This document shows, one piece after another, positions 1 through 9,800 of a stretch of DNA of 64,000 nucleotides. Source of the stretch: Candidatus Latescibacterota bacterium (lineage in GTDB: Bacteria > Latescibacterota > UBA2968 > UBA8231); assembly GCA_965204725.1 (NCBI GenBank), contig OZ242005.1:3392001-3456000 (forward strand). Direction: 5' to 3'. The position numbers were made by a program, and so were the translations under genes. The notes beneath the pieces are model-generated. The model did no database searches. It was not told where the DNA came from and worked only from the letters and a program-made list of their open reading frames with translations. How positions within the stretch are numbered: position 1 is the stretch's first letter; every line of letters starts with the position of its first letter.

Positions 1-2
1 AC

Positions 3-239
3 TTCCTCGGCGACCAACTGCGCCAATTCGCGGCAGGGCCGGGCGCGGATTTGGGCTTTGAACTGGGCTTGGCCGCGTACAACGCCGGCCCGCACAACGC
101 CCGTCGGTGGCTCGAGCGCTTGCCCGCTGAGGACCCAGACGCCTTCGTCGAGCGCATTCCCTTTAAGGAGACCCGCCTCTACGTCAAGCTAGTCCTCAAA
201 AACTACGCCATTTACAAGGCCCTGTCCGATGACGCCTGA
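3..239 (+). CDS. Lytic transglycosylase (Slt-type), C-terminal part; 5'-truncated by window edge
   Basis: AAYNAGP...WL...FVERIPFKETRLYVKLV motif; frame open from position 3. Confidence 0.85.
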   Translation, partial: FLGDQLRQFAAGPGADLGFELGLAAYNAGPHNARRWLERLPAEDPDAFVERIPFKETRLYVKLVLKNYAIYKALSDDA

Positions 240-489
240 ACGAGAAGAGCAGCGAGAAAAAAGGCACAAGCTGATCGAAGACCTTTTCATCTTGCTCTGC
301 ATCGCCAGCCTCTGGCCGGTGGTGTTAGGCTGGACTGAGCCGATCTATCAGTACTTGCTCTACGCGGCGTTGGCGGGCCTGATCTTCATTTTCGTGCGTC
401 GCATCCGCCGCTTCCACGCCGCCCGCGACGCCCTGCGCGACGCCGAGACCGACGACCCCCTTACTGAGCCCAACGGCAACAGCCGCTGA
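229..489 (+). CDS. Small two-TM membrane protein
   Basis: Two hydrophobic segments; start overlaps the upstream stop. Confidence 0.65.
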   Translation: MTPEREEQREKRHKLIEDLFILLCIASLWPVVLGWTEPIYQYLLYAALAGLIFIFVRRIRRFHAARDALRDAETDDPLTEPNGNSR

Positions 490-498
490 GAAGCTCCT

Positions 499-1398
499 CT
501 ACCGCCTTCCGCTCAGCCGCTCCAGCGCCAAGACGAGCACAACTCCCACCACGATCAGCCCCAAGCTCAGCCAAGCCTCGCCGTTGAACTCCTGCGGCCA
601 CGCGCATTCGTAGCGCCCTTCCTCCAGCGCATTGCGGAACGGCCACACCTTGCGCAGAGACCCCAGCATCAACCCCACCAACAAGGCCATGGTGCCGGCG
701 CGAAAGCGGGTCAGCAGGTGCTTGAGCAGCCGCGAGAAGCCCAGCAGACCAATAACCGCCCCAGAGCCGAAGAGGGCCAAAATGGCCCAATCAAACTCGT
801 GTACCGCGGTCAAGACCTGCTGGTATTTGCCCATGACCACCAGCAGAAACGAGCCGCTAATCCCCGGCAAGATCATCGCGCATATCGCCACCATGCCGGC
901 CAGCGTGAACTTGTAGGCCTCGACGCCGGTCTCGACCGGGACCAACGTGGTAATGGCGTAGCCAATCGCAGTGCCGAGAGCGGTCAGCCCCCACTGCGCC
1001 AGCCTCCATCCGGCGACCTGCCGAGCGACCACGAGCGCACTGGCCAAGATCAACCCGGTGAAAAACCCCCACACCGGCTGGGGGTGCGTCTCCAACAGCG
1101 AGGTTATGAACTTGGCCAGCGCGGCAATAGACAGGCCGATACCGCACAGCAACGGCACCAGAAAAGGGGCATTGACTCGGTGCAACACCTCAATGAAGCG
1201 CCCCCGCACCAAGGCCCCCACGATCCGTTGATCCACTGCGGCAATCGTCCCGACCAACTCGTCGTAAATGCCCGTGACTAAGGCAATCGTCCCCCCGGAA
1301 ACCCCGGGAATTACGTCGGCCGCGCCCATGCACAGCCCGCGCAAGACCAGCCCAGGGGCGCGGCGTCGGCCCGCGACTAGCAACTCATTTTTTTTCAC
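499..1398 (-). CDS. DUF368 family membrane protein
   Basis: MGAADVIPGVSGGTIALVTGIY and AMILPGISGSFLL motifs. Confidence 0.9.
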   Translation of the reverse strand: MKKNELLVAGRRRAPGLVLRGLCMGAADVIPGVSGGTIALVTGIYDELVGTIAAVDQRIVGALVRGRFIEVLHRVNAPFLVPLLCGIGLSIAALAKFITSLLETHPQPVWGFFTGLILASALVVARQVAGWRLAQWGLTALGTAIGYAITTLVPVETGVEAYKFTLAGMVAICAMILPGISGSFLLVVMGKYQQVLTAVHEFDWAILALFGSGAVIGLLGFSRLLKHLLTRFRAGTMALLVGLMLGSLRKVWPFRNALEEGRYECAWPQEFNGEAWLSLGLIVVGVVLVLALERLSGRR

Positions 1399-2512
1399 GA
1401 AATAGCTCCTTATGCTGTGCGTGTTGGCGCATGAACTCCACGATCAGGCGATCGGCCCGCGGCAGCGCGAAGTCGTCCAAAGCCTCTGGAGCGACCCAGC
1501 ACCAAGCAGCGCAACCGAGTGCCTGCGGGGTGCCGCACACGTAGCGGGCGGCAAATGCGTGTAGGGTAATGCTAAAATGCGAATAGGCGTGATCCACGCT
1601 CGTCAGGTGCTCATCCACCTCAATTTTAATGCCCAACTCCTCGCGGATCTCGCGCACCAAGCATTCGGGCAAGGTCTCGCCGGGCTCCTGCTTCCCCCCG
1701 GGGAATTCCCACAGGCCGCCGAGCATCCCCTCGGCCGGCCGCTGGGCAATTAGCAACTCGTCGCCCCGGCGAATCAAGCCAGCCGCCACTTGGTAATGTG
1801 GCTTAGGTTTCTTAGGGGCCTTGCGCGGCAGGGCGGTCGGATCGGCCAGCTCGGCCTTGGCCCGGCACCAGCCGCCGACCGGACATGTTGGGCAGCAAGG
1901 GCTTTGCGGCGTACAGACCCGCGCCCCCAACTCCATCATCGCCTGATTGAAATCGCCGGCTTCGCCCCGGGCCAGCAGGGCCTCGCCAGCGGCGATGAGG
2001 CGCGCCTTGACTTGGGCGCGGGTCGGCTCTTCCTCAATCCGCAACAAGCGGCAGAGTACGCGGGTCACGTTGCCGTCGAGCACCGGGTGGTCGCGGTCAA
2101 AGGCAATGCTGCTAATGGCCGCGGCCGTGTATTGGCCAATCCCCGGCAGTTTAATCAGCTCTTGGTACGTCTCCGGGATGCGGCCTCCCAGCTCAAAGGC
2201 CATGCGTTTGGCCGCCTTGTGCATGTTGCGCGCCCGCGCATAGTAGCCCAAGCCCTCCCAGGCCTTGAGTACCTGGTCCTCAGAAGCAGCGGCCAGCGAT
2301 TGGAGCGTGGGAAATGCGCGGATAAACCGATCGAAATAAGGCGCCATCTGATCCACCCGGGTCTGTTGCAACATGACCTCAGATACCCAGACGTGATAGG
2401 GATTGTCGCTGTCGCGCCAACTGGTCTGCCGCTTGTTTTGGCGATACCAAGCCAATAGCCGGGCGCGGAAGTCGCTGAGCGCGTCCTGATCGTCGAGCAA
2501 GCGGACGCTCAA
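1385..2512 (-). CDS. mutY: A/G-specific adenine glycosylase with C-terminal Nudix-like domain
   Basis: VWVSEVMLQQT, WEGLGYYARARN, HhH LPGIGQYTA, C-x6-C-x2-C-x5-C Fe-S motif, GLWEFPGGK. Confidence 0.95.
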   Translation of the reverse strand: MSVRLLDDQDALSDFRARLLAWYRQNKRQTSWRDSDNPYHVWVSEVMLQQTRVDQMAPYFDRFIRAFPTLQSLAAASEDQVLKAWEGLGYYARARNMHKAAKRMAFELGGRIPETYQELIKLPGIGQYTAAAISSIAFDRDHPVLDGNVTRVLCRLLRIEEEPTRAQVKARLIAAGEALLARGEAGDFNQAMMELGARVCTPQSPCCPTCPVGGWCRAKAELADPTALPRKAPKKPKPHYQVAAGLIRRGDELLIAQRPAEGMLGGLWEFPGGKQEPGETLPECLVREIREELGIKIEVDEHLTSVDHAYSHFSITLHAFAARYVCGTPQALGCAAWCWVAPEALDDFALPRADRLIVEFMRQHAQHKELFREKK

Positions 2513-3468
2513 CCGTCCCCCGCTTCCGGCCAGCCGGTCTGCGGCATAGCTTTGAGACCCCCGACCGTTTCAGCCGCCAAAAGGGCATCGACGACCGCGG
2601 CCGCGGCCGCCGTGGCCGCCGCGGCAAAGAGCGAATAGAGCCTTTCTTCGCCCACCATCTGCACCGATGCGGCCGGCTCTTGGGTGGAAAAGGCAAGGAC
2701 GAGGCCCTCGCGCGTATGCGGGTTCCACAAGCCCGTCCGCGCCAGCCCCAGTGCGGCGCGACCCGCCAAACGCTCTAGTTGACGCGGGATCAGGGGTGCG
2801 TCCGTAGCCACGACCGCAGCAAAGGTTTGCGGCTCCCCGATCTCCTCGCCCACCGGCAAGCTGCGACCGGCCCAATGCAACTGTTGGCCCCCGTTGACTG
2901 CGACCAACAGGCCCAGCGCGTATTCATCAGCCCGGCGCGAGGCCGTGCCGATGCCGCCTTTGTAGCCAAAGGCCCGCAACCCACCGCCGACTCCGGCATT
3001 GCCCGTGGGCACCGCACGGTCAGCACGGGCCAACACCTCATCTACGTGGGCGTGGGTCACGGTCTTGCGGACGAGCGCGGGGTCGTTGACAGCCGTGTCG
3101 TCGATCCCCACGACCACCGGCGGCCAACCGGCCTCGGTCGATAGCCCGGGGTCGCGGCCCAAACTGTGGCGGATTAAGGCTTCGTACACCCGGCCGACGA
3201 CCGGGGCCGGGGCGAGGACAATGGGCGAGGAAAAGGTGCCGAAGTCTTCGGCGACCCCAAGGCCGCTCATGGCGTCGCCGCCGTCTATGGAGAAGCGACC
3301 GATAAACAGCTTGCGCTCAGCCACGGCGGCCGGATACGGGACGATGGCCGTCAGGCCGGTGTGCAAGTCGGGTGTGCGAATGTCGATGTGCCCCACCCGG
3401 ACTCCGGCCACATCGACAATGGCGTCGTGCGGCCCGGCCGCAGCACCCGATGGGCGCGAGCGATTCAT
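2509..3468 (-). CDS. DmpA/P1 (S58) family peptidase-like protein, divergent
   Basis: DAIVDVAGVRVGH, KGGIGTASR, VATDAPL; ATG at 3468 overlaps the upstream stop (ATGA). Confidence 0.8.
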   Translation of the reverse strand: MNRSRPSGAAAGPHDAIVDVAGVRVGHIDIRTPDLHTGLTAIVPYPAAVAERKLFIGRFSIDGGDAMSGLGVAEDFGTFSSPIVLAPAPVVGRVYEALIRHSLGRDPGLSTEAGWPPVVVGIDDTAVNDPALVRKTVTHAHVDEVLARADRAVPTGNAGVGGGLRAFGYKGGIGTASRRADEYALGLLVAVNGGQQLHWAGRSLPVGEEIGEPQTFAAVVATDAPLIPRQLERLAGRAALGLARTGLWNPHTREGLVLAFSTQEPAASVQMVGEERLYSLFAAAATAAAAAVVDALLAAETVGGLKAMPQTGWPEAGDG

Positions 3469-4562
3469 TTGAGCCGACCGTAGGCGCGCATGATTTCGAG
3501 CAAGCGGTCCAGCGGCAGCGCGTGGATGGTGTTGCCAGCGCGGCCAGTCATGGTGTAGGCCGTAGTCAGCGCGTTGAGGATGGCTTCCTCCGTAGCCTCG
3601 ACTACGCCTTGGAACAAGCCCGAGATCCAGCGGTCGGCGAGCATGGCCCCGGGAGGGGCCGCGGCAAAGGCCAGCACTAAATCGCCGCTGCCGTGAGTGG
3701 AATATGCGCCCGTGCGCGCCATGCCCAAAGCCACCCGCTTGCACACGCGCTGGAGCTGAATGGGGATCAGGGGCGCGTCCGTGGCCACGGCCGCGAGCAT
3801 GGACTTGCTCTTGCCTCGCGCCGGCATCAGATCGGGGATCTCCCGGCCCACCGGGACGCCGTCAACGCGCAACTGGGGCCGCCGGCCAAAATTCGCCTGC
3901 ACCAGCACCCCCACAGTGTAGTGCCGGTCGCCGCAGGGGACTGTGCGCGACGCCGTGCCAATCCCGGCCTTGAAGCTATAGGCCCGCATCCCGGTCCCGC
4001 CGCCGACGCAGCCTTCGGCTACCGGCCCGCTGGTCGCCGCGTCGAGGGCCGCGGCCGCGTGGGCGGGCTGCACGTGCCGCCCGACTTCGTCGTGGAGGAA
4101 CGCAGCCCAGGTCTCGCCGACTATGGGCGCGGGCTGCCAAGCGCTCTTGAACAGGTCGGGGTCGCGGGCCAGCATCCACTCCACCGCTCCATCATGCACC
4201 GCGCCGACGCTGGATGTGTTGGTAAAAAGGACAGGGCCGCCCAACAGACCCGTGCGGCGCATAGAGCCTACTCCCATTAGCTCGCCGTTGCCGTTGAGCG
4301 TGAAGTCGGCGGCAAACGCGGGCGCGGGCGGCACAATCGCCGTCACCCCGGTGCGCACTAGATCATCCTCAATCAGGGTTAGATGGCCAACCCGCACGCC
4401 CTCGACATCGGTGATGGCGTTGTGGGGGCCGGTCGCCAATTCGCCAATGACAATGCCCAACTCGCGCAGGCGCACCCGCTCCGGCTGCCCGGGCGCGGCG
4501 CGGCCCAATGCCGGCCACGCGGCCACCCCTAGGCCCAAGCCGAGAAAGGTCCGGCGGGCCAT
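3465..4562 (-). CDS. DmpA/P1 (S58) aminopeptidase with Tat-type signal
   Basis: MARRTFLG twin-arginine leader; NAITDVEGVRVGH, NGNGELMG, VLVQANFG, GSGD. Confidence 0.88.
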   Translation of the reverse strand: MARRTFLGLGLGVAAWPALGRAAPGQPERVRLRELGIVIGELATGPHNAITDVEGVRVGHLTLIEDDLVRTGVTAIVPPAPAFAADFTLNGNGELMGVGSMRRTGLLGGPVLFTNTSSVGAVHDGAVEWMLARDPDLFKSAWQPAPIVGETWAAFLHDEVGRHVQPAHAAAALDAATSGPVAEGCVGGGTGMRAYSFKAGIGTASRTVPCGDRHYTVGVLVQANFGRRPQLRVDGVPVGREIPDLMPARGKSKSMLAAVATDAPLIPIQLQRVCKRVALGMARTGAYSTHGSGDLVLAFAAAPPGAMLADRWISGLFQGVVEATEEAILNALTTAYTMTGRAGNTIHALPLDRLLEIMRAYGRLK

Positions 4563-4563
4563 G

Positions 4564-5622
4564 TCAGAGTGCTTGGACAATCCGCTCCCCTAGCGCACGG
4601 CAGTTCAACGCACCGCCCAAATCGGGCGTCCCCGCGCCCTGCTCGCCGATTACAGCGCGCACCGCTTCTTCGATTCGCTCCGCCCCGCTGGTGGCCTCTA
4701 AATCGCCGTGTTGCTGGCCCAACCAGCGCAGCATCATGGCTGCCGACAGGATCATGGCCACTGGATTGGCCTTTCCCTGCCCGGCAATGTCGGGCGCAGT
4801 GCCGTGCGAGGGTTGGAACACGGCCGCGTCCTCGCCGATGTCCCCCGAAGGGGCCAGCCCCAGACCACCGACTAAGCCAGCGGCCAAGTCCGAGATAATG
4901 TCCCCGTACATATTCTCGGTGACCAGCACGTCGTATCCGGCCGGTTGCTGCACCAAGTACATGCTCAGGGCATCGATGTACGCGTAGTCGCGCTCGACGT
5001 CTGGGTAGTTGGCCGCGACTTCGTCGTACACGCGGCGGAAAAAGGCCATCGAGCGGAAGACGTTGGCCTTGTCAACGCACGTTACCTTCATCGGCGTCCG
5101 GCCGCGCTGCCGCGCTAGCTCAAAGGCGTAGCGCACCACGCGCTCCGTGCCCGTGCGCGTAATGACCATAGAGTCAACGGCCACTTCTCCGCGCAGCTCA
5201 ATGCCGCCGTTCATGGAGGCAAAAAGCCCCTCGACGTTCTCGCGCAGGACGACAAAGTCTATGTCGCCCGCCTCCAACCCTTTGAGCGGGGTATGCGCGG
5301 CCGCGTAGAGGTAAATCGGCCGCACCCCGGCGTACAGGTCCAGCTCGATCCGCAAGTCAACTTGTGGCCGCATCTCCGTCCCGTCCGGCCAGCGCACGTG
5401 CGGCAACCCCATCGCGCCCAACAGCACCGCATCCGCCCGGCGACATCCTGCCACGGTCGCCTCCGGCAGCGGATTCCCTTGCTCCAGATAGCACCCCGCG
5501 CCACAGGGGTACTCGGCGAAGGCCAAGGCAGGAGCGCCCAACGCCTTGAGCACCTTCAGGGCCTCGTCCATCACTTCCGGTCCGATGCCGTCGCCTTTGA
5601 GGACGGCGATGTCGTAGGCCAT
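4564..5622 (-). CDS. Isocitrate/isopropylmalate/tartrate dehydrogenase family protein
   Basis: GDGIGPEV, RENVEG, VDKANV, ENMYGDIISD, HGTAPDIAG. Confidence 0.92.
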   Translation of the reverse strand: MAYDIAVLKGDGIGPEVMDEALKVLKALGAPALAFAEYPCGAGCYLEQGNPLPEATVAGCRRADAVLLGAMGLPHVRWPDGTEMRPQVDLRIELDLYAGVRPIYLYAAAHTPLKGLEAGDIDFVVLRENVEGLFASMNGGIELRGEVAVDSMVITRTGTERVVRYAFELARQRGRTPMKVTCVDKANVFRSMAFFRRVYDEVAANYPDVERDYAYIDALSMYLVQQPAGYDVLVTENMYGDIISDLAAGLVGGLGLAPSGDIGEDAAVFQPSHGTAPDIAGQGKANPVAMILSAAMMLRWLGQQHGDLEATSGAERIEEAVRAVIGEQGAGTPDLGGALNCRALGERIVQAL

Positions 5623-5624
5623 CT

Positions 5625-6896
5625 TTAGCTCCACAAGCGGTCGTGTGGCCGCTCGTCGTCCCACTCCTCGGTGGGGCCAAATAGGTCCGGCTGCTCTGGA
5701 TCGGCAAACGACCGCAGCACTTCTTCGTTGAGGCCGCTAAAGCCCAGCCCCGGCCCCTCCGGCACCGCAATGTGCCCGTCCTCAATTAGAGGCACCGGCA
5801 AGCCCTCGACCAAGCTGCTCCACTGCTCTAGCTGATCAACCGAGTGGTTTTCGAGCACCATGAAGTTTTCGGTCGCCGCGGCGCAATGCACCGAAGCGAG
5901 TGCCGCCACCGGCGACATGGCCATGTGCAGCGCCATGGCAATGCCGCAATCCTGCGCTAGGTCGCCGATCTTTTTGGTCTCGAGGATTCCGCCGGAAGAG
6001 GCCAAGTCTGGGTGGACGACGGCAATGGCGCGCCGTTCAAAGAGCGGTAGGAAGTTTTCCTTGAGATAGATATCCTCGCCTGTACACAGAGGCGTATCTA
6101 CGGCTTCGGCGAGCCGCTGCCATTGGTCGGCCAACTGCCAAGGGATCATGTCCTCGTACCAAGCTAGGCTGAACTGATCGAGTGCCTTGCCCAAGCGGAT
6201 GCAGGACTCAACGCCGAGGTGGCCAAAGTGATCGACGGCCAAGGGCACTTCATAGCCGATTACCTCGCGCACCTGCGCCACGTATTCGCAGAGGACGTCA
6301 ATGCCTTTGTTGGTGATCTGAATCCCCGTAAATGGGTGCATGACGTCGCGGCTTTCCAACATGCCCGGCGGGGCGATCAGCGCGTCTTTAACCCCCTGTA
6401 GCAACCCAATGCCAACGTCCATTTTGAGGAACTTAAACCCCCGCTCCACGCGCTCCTTGAGCAACTGCCCCATCTGGCGGCCATCGCGCCGCGTGGGGGT
6501 ATCGCAGTAGCAGAGGATGCGGTCGCGGAACTTGCCCCCGGCCAGTTGGTAGGCCGGCACATTATAGGCTTTGCCCGCCAGATCCATCAGCGCCATCTCA
6601 ACGCCGCAGACGCCGCCGGCTTGGCGCGCGTGGTGGCCGAATTGTTTGATCTTGCGGAAGAGCTTATCGACGTTGCAGGGGTTTTCCCCGAGCAAGCGGC
6701 TTTTGAGCATGAGTGCGTAGGTCGGGCTGCCGCCGTCGCGCACCTCGCCGTAGCCCGAGAGCCCTTGGTTGGTGTCGATGCGGATGATCGTCGCGCGGAA
6801 CGGCGCACCGCGCATATTGGCAACGCGCACATCGGTGATCTTTAGAGCCGAGGGTCGGGAGTGCGGGTTTGCGTTCTCTTCCATTCTTGTCTCCAT
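5625..6896 (-). CDS. Mandelate racemase/muconate lactonizing enzyme family (acid-sugar dehydratase-like)
   Basis: GVEMALMDLAGKAY, KMD, WYED, TGEDIY, HPDL...GGILETKKI; exact start uncertain. Confidence 0.88.
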   Translation of the reverse strand: METRMEENANPHSRPSALKITDVRVANMRGAPFRATIIRIDTNQGLSGYGEVRDGGSPTYALMLKSRLLGENPCNVDKLFRKIKQFGHHARQAGGVCGVEMALMDLAGKAYNVPAYQLAGGKFRDRILCYCDTPTRRDGRQMGQLLKERVERGFKFLKMDVGIGLLQGVKDALIAPPGMLESRDVMHPFTGIQITNKGIDVLCEYVAQVREVIGYEVPLAVDHFGHLGVESCIRLGKALDQFSLAWYEDMIPWQLADQWQRLAEAVDTPLCTGEDIYLKENFLPLFERRAIAVVHPDLASSGGILETKKIGDLAQDCGIAMALHMAMSPVAALASVHCAAATENFMVLENHSVDQLEQWSSLVEGLPVPLIEDGHIAVPEGPGLGFSGLNEEVLRSFADPEQPDLFGPTEEWDDERPHDRLWS

Positions 6897-7002
6897 TTTC
6901 GCTGGATGTATTTTAGGGGCTTCCAATGATATTCCGCCCGCATTTTTTCGTCAACTTAGGAGATCGGACGAGACACCACCAATCCCATAGGAGATTAGCG
7001 AA

Positions 7003-9675
7003 ATGACCAATGCAAATGTTGGAATCTTGATGGCTCTACTCGTGGTGTTAAGCAGTGGCCCAACTCAAGCAAGAGTCGCGGCCTTGGCGGGCGAAAGTCA
7101 GCCGGTTCCGCTTTGGAGTAGATCTGCAACCTCGCCAGAGCAGGAGTGGTCGTCGCCGCGCCCGGCGGCCAAAGCGCAAGCGGACGACTCCATAAGCCCC
7201 ACAGTCTCCGTGGGGAGAACCCATTGGTATTGGCATCCCTATATGATCGGAGGGTTGAGCGACGAAACGACTCCCCGCTGCTCACGCTCCGAGGTGGCTT
7301 CCCTCAATGGAGACGATCTGGTCAACTACCTGCGGACTCACACGCCGGAATGCATCGAACGCCTGCCCATCATCTACAGCGACCAGAATATGCAGTCGGT
7401 GCTTGCAGCCATTGAAGATCTGGCCACTGCATACAACGGTACCAATAACACTGGTCTGTACCAGCTCTGGTACTTCGTATGGATAGGCTACTGGTTCCAC
7501 GAATCATACCCCGACGAGATCGGTGGACCATTCGGCGAAATGACTCACCGCGCCTACATCGCCGCCTCAGAGGCCTTTGCCGCCAATGACCACTTCTTCG
7601 ATTTCAATGACGAGGCTGGTGAGATCTTGTTCGCTTATATGGAAGTTGCCGACCGGGACGGGATACGCCAGTTCCATCTAGAGCAGATCAAATTGGTCCT
7701 TTCGGGTATGACTCCTGAGCGGATGACCAACTTCTTTCAGGAGCAGGCGTTCTGGATGACCGTCCGTCTGATATACGAAGGCCTATTCCGCAACGACCAA
7801 GGGTTCATTGATGTCCTCGCGCAGGATTCGGAAATCGTCGAACTCCTGTTGCAGGCTACCCAGTTTGGTGAATTGCCCATTGACACACTGGGGCTGTTGG
7901 CCACAATTCCAAGCATAGGGGAAGCTGCCATCGCCGCGCTGACCACTTTCCTCATGGAGCAAGAACGCCTCAGCAACACTTTCATAATCGCGGCAGATGC
8001 CTTGGAAGACAAAGTCGACTGCACCAGCTTGAACATCTGCCGAGATGTGCTGAAGCGCGAACTCCACGCCCGGGTCTTCCCCAACACGTACCGCTTCGAC
8101 GATGGTTCCTTAGTCTTTGAGACTCCCCTAGACCTGAATACAGTGCAGACCTTATACCAAGCGGCCAAGGAGGTGAAGGCGCAGTTTCACAGACTGTTGG
8201 AGACGGATCAGCCTGTGCCGGGTGCCATTGACGATGTGCTCCACGTCAAGATATATGGCTCTGCTTCGGAGCACAGAAATTTTCAAGGCTATCTATTCGA
8301 TGCGGACCTTAGGCGGAGTTACGCCGCCGGCTACTACGAGAATGGTACCGTGTACACCTATCGGGCCAATTTTCCCACTGAACCCCGTGAAGGCATAGCC
8401 CTTGAAGAAAAGTTTCGCCACGAGTACGTACACTACCTAGCTGATCGCTTTGTGCCCACAGGCCTGTATGATGACTGCCTACTGACTTGGTTTCACGAAG
8501 GTCTAGCCGAGTTCCTGATGGGCAGTACCCAAGCCGAGGGCATTTCCGTACTTCGATTCCACATAGAAGAGATCATGGGCGAAGAGCAAGATACCGGCGT
8601 CGGACGATTCGACCCTGCACGAATCTTCAAATTTTGTTACACTGGCTGGCCCCCTTTCAAGCTCCGTGACTACCGCTACTCCGGCCTTTTCTTTCATTTC
8701 ATGCATCAGCAGCGGCGCACCCAGTTGTTGGAGCTAGTCGGCATGGTCCGTAGCGGGGATGTGTCAGCCTACAACGCTGTGATCGAGACTTGGGCCGGAA
8801 ATACCCAACTAGCCGCTGATTACTCCGCCTTTGTGGATGAACAGTTCGCCAACGTTGATCAACTGCCCTATCATCCCGATTACTCAGTCCACCTACCTGA
8901 TGTCGACCCACAACTCTACCCTCCCCAAACGACCACTTTCCACCTACCGGCCCATCTTACCAGCGACAGTCCTGCGGAGATAGAAACTGCCCTGCAACGA
9001 ATTAACGGCGAGTTGAACTTGAATTGTCGTACCGTGGCGACCGAACTCAGTCCTCGCTTCGGATGCTCTGGAACCTTGTCAGGGGAGTCCCGGTCGGTAG
9101 AGTCTCTTTCCAGCAGCAATCAGGGCGAGCCGAGCCTTTTTGATCTTTTCGCCACCGGCCAAGTTGCCCCGCTCATCGGCGATCGGGGGCCACTCAACGA
9201 ACGACTAAATACCCGGCTAGACAGCTTTATCGTCGCTGCCGTAGAAGATGGAGAGATCAATAACTTTGAGGACATGAATTGCTACTTTACTAATGTGGGG
9301 GGCTGGCCCCCGGTTGCCGACCTGTACTGTGAAGGCCCCCTGCGGCCCATGGCTTTGGCACGGGCACTGGTGGATTCTGTACAGACCGGCCTGCCCGACA
9401 GTGACCAATTGCAGCAAAACGCGCCCAATCCGTTCAACAATCAGACGGTCCTTTCCTACTTCTTACATACCCCCGGTCCGGCGCGCTTAGAAGTATTCTC
9501 CCTGACTGGGCAGCGCGTGGCGGTCTTGCGCCAAGGGCCGCAGAAAGCGGGCTACCATCGCCTCCGTTGGAATGGCCGCGACGACGTAGGCCGTCCCGTG
9601 GCCAGCGGCATGTACCTGTACAGGCTCGTGACGGACGAAGGCGCGTTGACGCGCAAGCTCATGCTGCTGCGTTGA
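7003..9675 (+). CDS. Secreted M9 collagenase-like metalloprotease with C-terminal FlgD-Ig-like domain
   Basis: Signal peptide; HEYVHYL plus WFHEGLAE gluzincin motifs; QNAPNPFN...WNGRDD...ASGMYLYRL tail; AGGAG RBS. Confidence 0.8.
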   Translation: MTNANVGILMALLVVLSSGPTQARVAALAGESQPVPLWSRSATSPEQEWSSPRPAAKAQADDSISPTVSVGRTHWYWHPYMIGGLSDETTPRCSRSEVASLNGDDLVNYLRTHTPECIERLPIIYSDQNMQSVLAAIEDLATAYNGTNNTGLYQLWYFVWIGYWFHESYPDEIGGPFGEMTHRAYIAASEAFAANDHFFDFNDEAGEILFAYMEVADRDGIRQFHLEQIKLVLSGMTPERMTNFFQEQAFWMTVRLIYEGLFRNDQGFIDVLAQDSEIVELLLQATQFGELPIDTLGLLATIPSIGEAAIAALTTFLMEQERLSNTFIIAADALEDKVDCTSLNICRDVLKRELHARVFPNTYRFDDGSLVFETPLDLNTVQTLYQAAKEVKAQFHRLLETDQPVPGAIDDVLHVKIYGSASEHRNFQGYLFDADLRRSYAAGYYENGTVYTYRANFPTEPREGIALEEKFRHEYVHYLADRFVPTGLYDDCLLTWFHEGLAEFLMGSTQAEGISVLRFHIEEIMGEEQDTGVGRFDPARIFKFCYTGWPPFKLRDYRYSGLFFHFMHQQRRTQLLELVGMVRSGDVSAYNAVIETWAGNTQLAADYSAFVDEQFANVDQLPYHPDYSVHLPDVDPQLYPPQTTTFHLPAHLTSDSPAEIETALQRINGELNLNCRTVATELSPRFGCSGTLSGESRSVESLSSSNQGEPSLFDLFATGQVAPLIGDRGPLNERLNTRLDSFIVAAVEDGEINNFEDMNCYFTNVGGWPPVADLYCEGPLRPMALARALVDSVQTGLPDSDQLQQNAPNPFNNQTVLSYFLHTPGPARLEVFSLTGQRVAVLRQGPQKAGYHRLRWNGRDDVGRPVASGMYLYRLVTDEGALTRKLMLLR

Positions 9676-9800
9676 TTGCTTCGCGTTGCACCGACACGTA
9701 CTCTGCCGGTCTCGTGGGCAGAGTTCTTTGCAGCCGCCGGATTGAAAGGACATATCGCATTTTTTATTCACTTCAACATCATACTTAGGAGGAGATCGAC

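Noticed and set aside
3469-3744. N-terminal extension of ORF 2509..3744
   Set aside because: Overlaps the upstream DmpA gene in another frame; ATGA coupling indicates 3468
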